From assembly GCF_006345805.1 (NCBI RefSeq), contig NC_042998.1, forward strand, positions 170,376,001-170,440,000: a stretch of DNA of 64,000 nucleotides. The letters run 5' to 3'. The notes beneath the pieces are model-generated. The model had not been told where the DNA came from. It ran no database searches and saw only the letters and a list, made by a program, of their open reading frames with translations. Every line of letters starts with the position of its first letter. Positions within the stretch are counted from its first letter, which is position 1. Shown here in pieces: positions 63,331 through 64,000 of this stretch. The DNA is from Octopus sinensis. Taxonomy: Eukaryota. A program made the position numbers and the translations under genes.

Positions 63331-64000
63331 TTCTTCTTTCGCAAAGCCTGATAACATTGAGAGAAAATGCGAAGAGGAGATGAGAAAATGAATGGAATTA
63401 AGAAACAATAGAAGACAGAGAATAGTGAATAGAAAGCACTCACCCACGTCTGGAAAATGTATGAAGGTTATAGATAGAGATTTGTTTGTTTGTTTGTTTT
63501 GTCTTTGCTTTTTGTTGAATGATGAAGATGTGTTAAAAGAGATCAAGTTAAAGAAAAGAGAAAGAATGAAGAGAGAAATGAAATGGAAAGAGACAGGTAA
63601 GGTGAGGTGAGAGAAAAAGCGGAGAATGTGTTGGAAGGAAAGGAGGAATAAATAAGAGAAACAGCGAAAGAGAAATGGATAAGGAGACTAAGAAATGAAA
63701 GAATGACAATGTGAGAAGACCGAGAGTGGATGAGGAAAGAGAAGGAAAGAAAGAAAATGAGAGCAAGTGTAAAGGAGATGGAGATAATGAATGAAAAGAG
63801 GGAGGGGGAAAGGATGAAGCATAGAGAAAGGAAAGCTCATTGACAAAAAGAAATCAAAGAAAATTGCTGATTTGATATAAGAAAGATTGTCTGTATATGT
63901 TTGTGTGTGTTAGAAAGAGAGAGGAGGGGAGATAGAGAGGGGGAGTGTGAGAAAAATGGGGAAAGAGAAAATAAAGAAGAATGAAAAGCTAGAGTTCAGC

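Overview
AT-rich, microsatellite-dense eukaryotic DNA. The SINE/LINE repertoire and simple repeats resemble coleoid cephalopod (Octopus-type) genomes, but that assignment is an inference. Nearly the whole window is intronic sequence of one minus-strand gene encoding a Dbl-homology (DH) Rho guanine-nucleotide exchange factor. I can splice eight well-supported coding exons (38692 down to 4794) plus a likely start-codon exon (60700-60906) into one 363-codon frame with canonical GT-AG sites and matching phases. The frame reads: CxxC..CxxC motif, DH domain, basic linker, start of a PH-like region. It stays open at 4794 and I found no further exon in 1-4793, so the gene probably continues past the left edge. 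The introns are packed with mobile DNA: three tRNA-derived SINE families, RTE, CR1, Tx1/L1 and R4/Dong LINE fragments, a decayed Penelope-like element split by a mariner, Tigger and piggyBac-type non-autonomous elements, and hairpin MITEs. The features most worth a second look are (TA)n-tailed elements carrying minimal hammerhead-ribozyme-like cores, two ~330 bp snap-back palindromes, a PHD finger inside an RTE reverse transcriptase, Dong-type fragments stacked in (TAA)n tracts, inverted SINE pairs bracketing most exons, and an apparent templated inversion. Almost all ORFs in the supplied track are translations of repeats.
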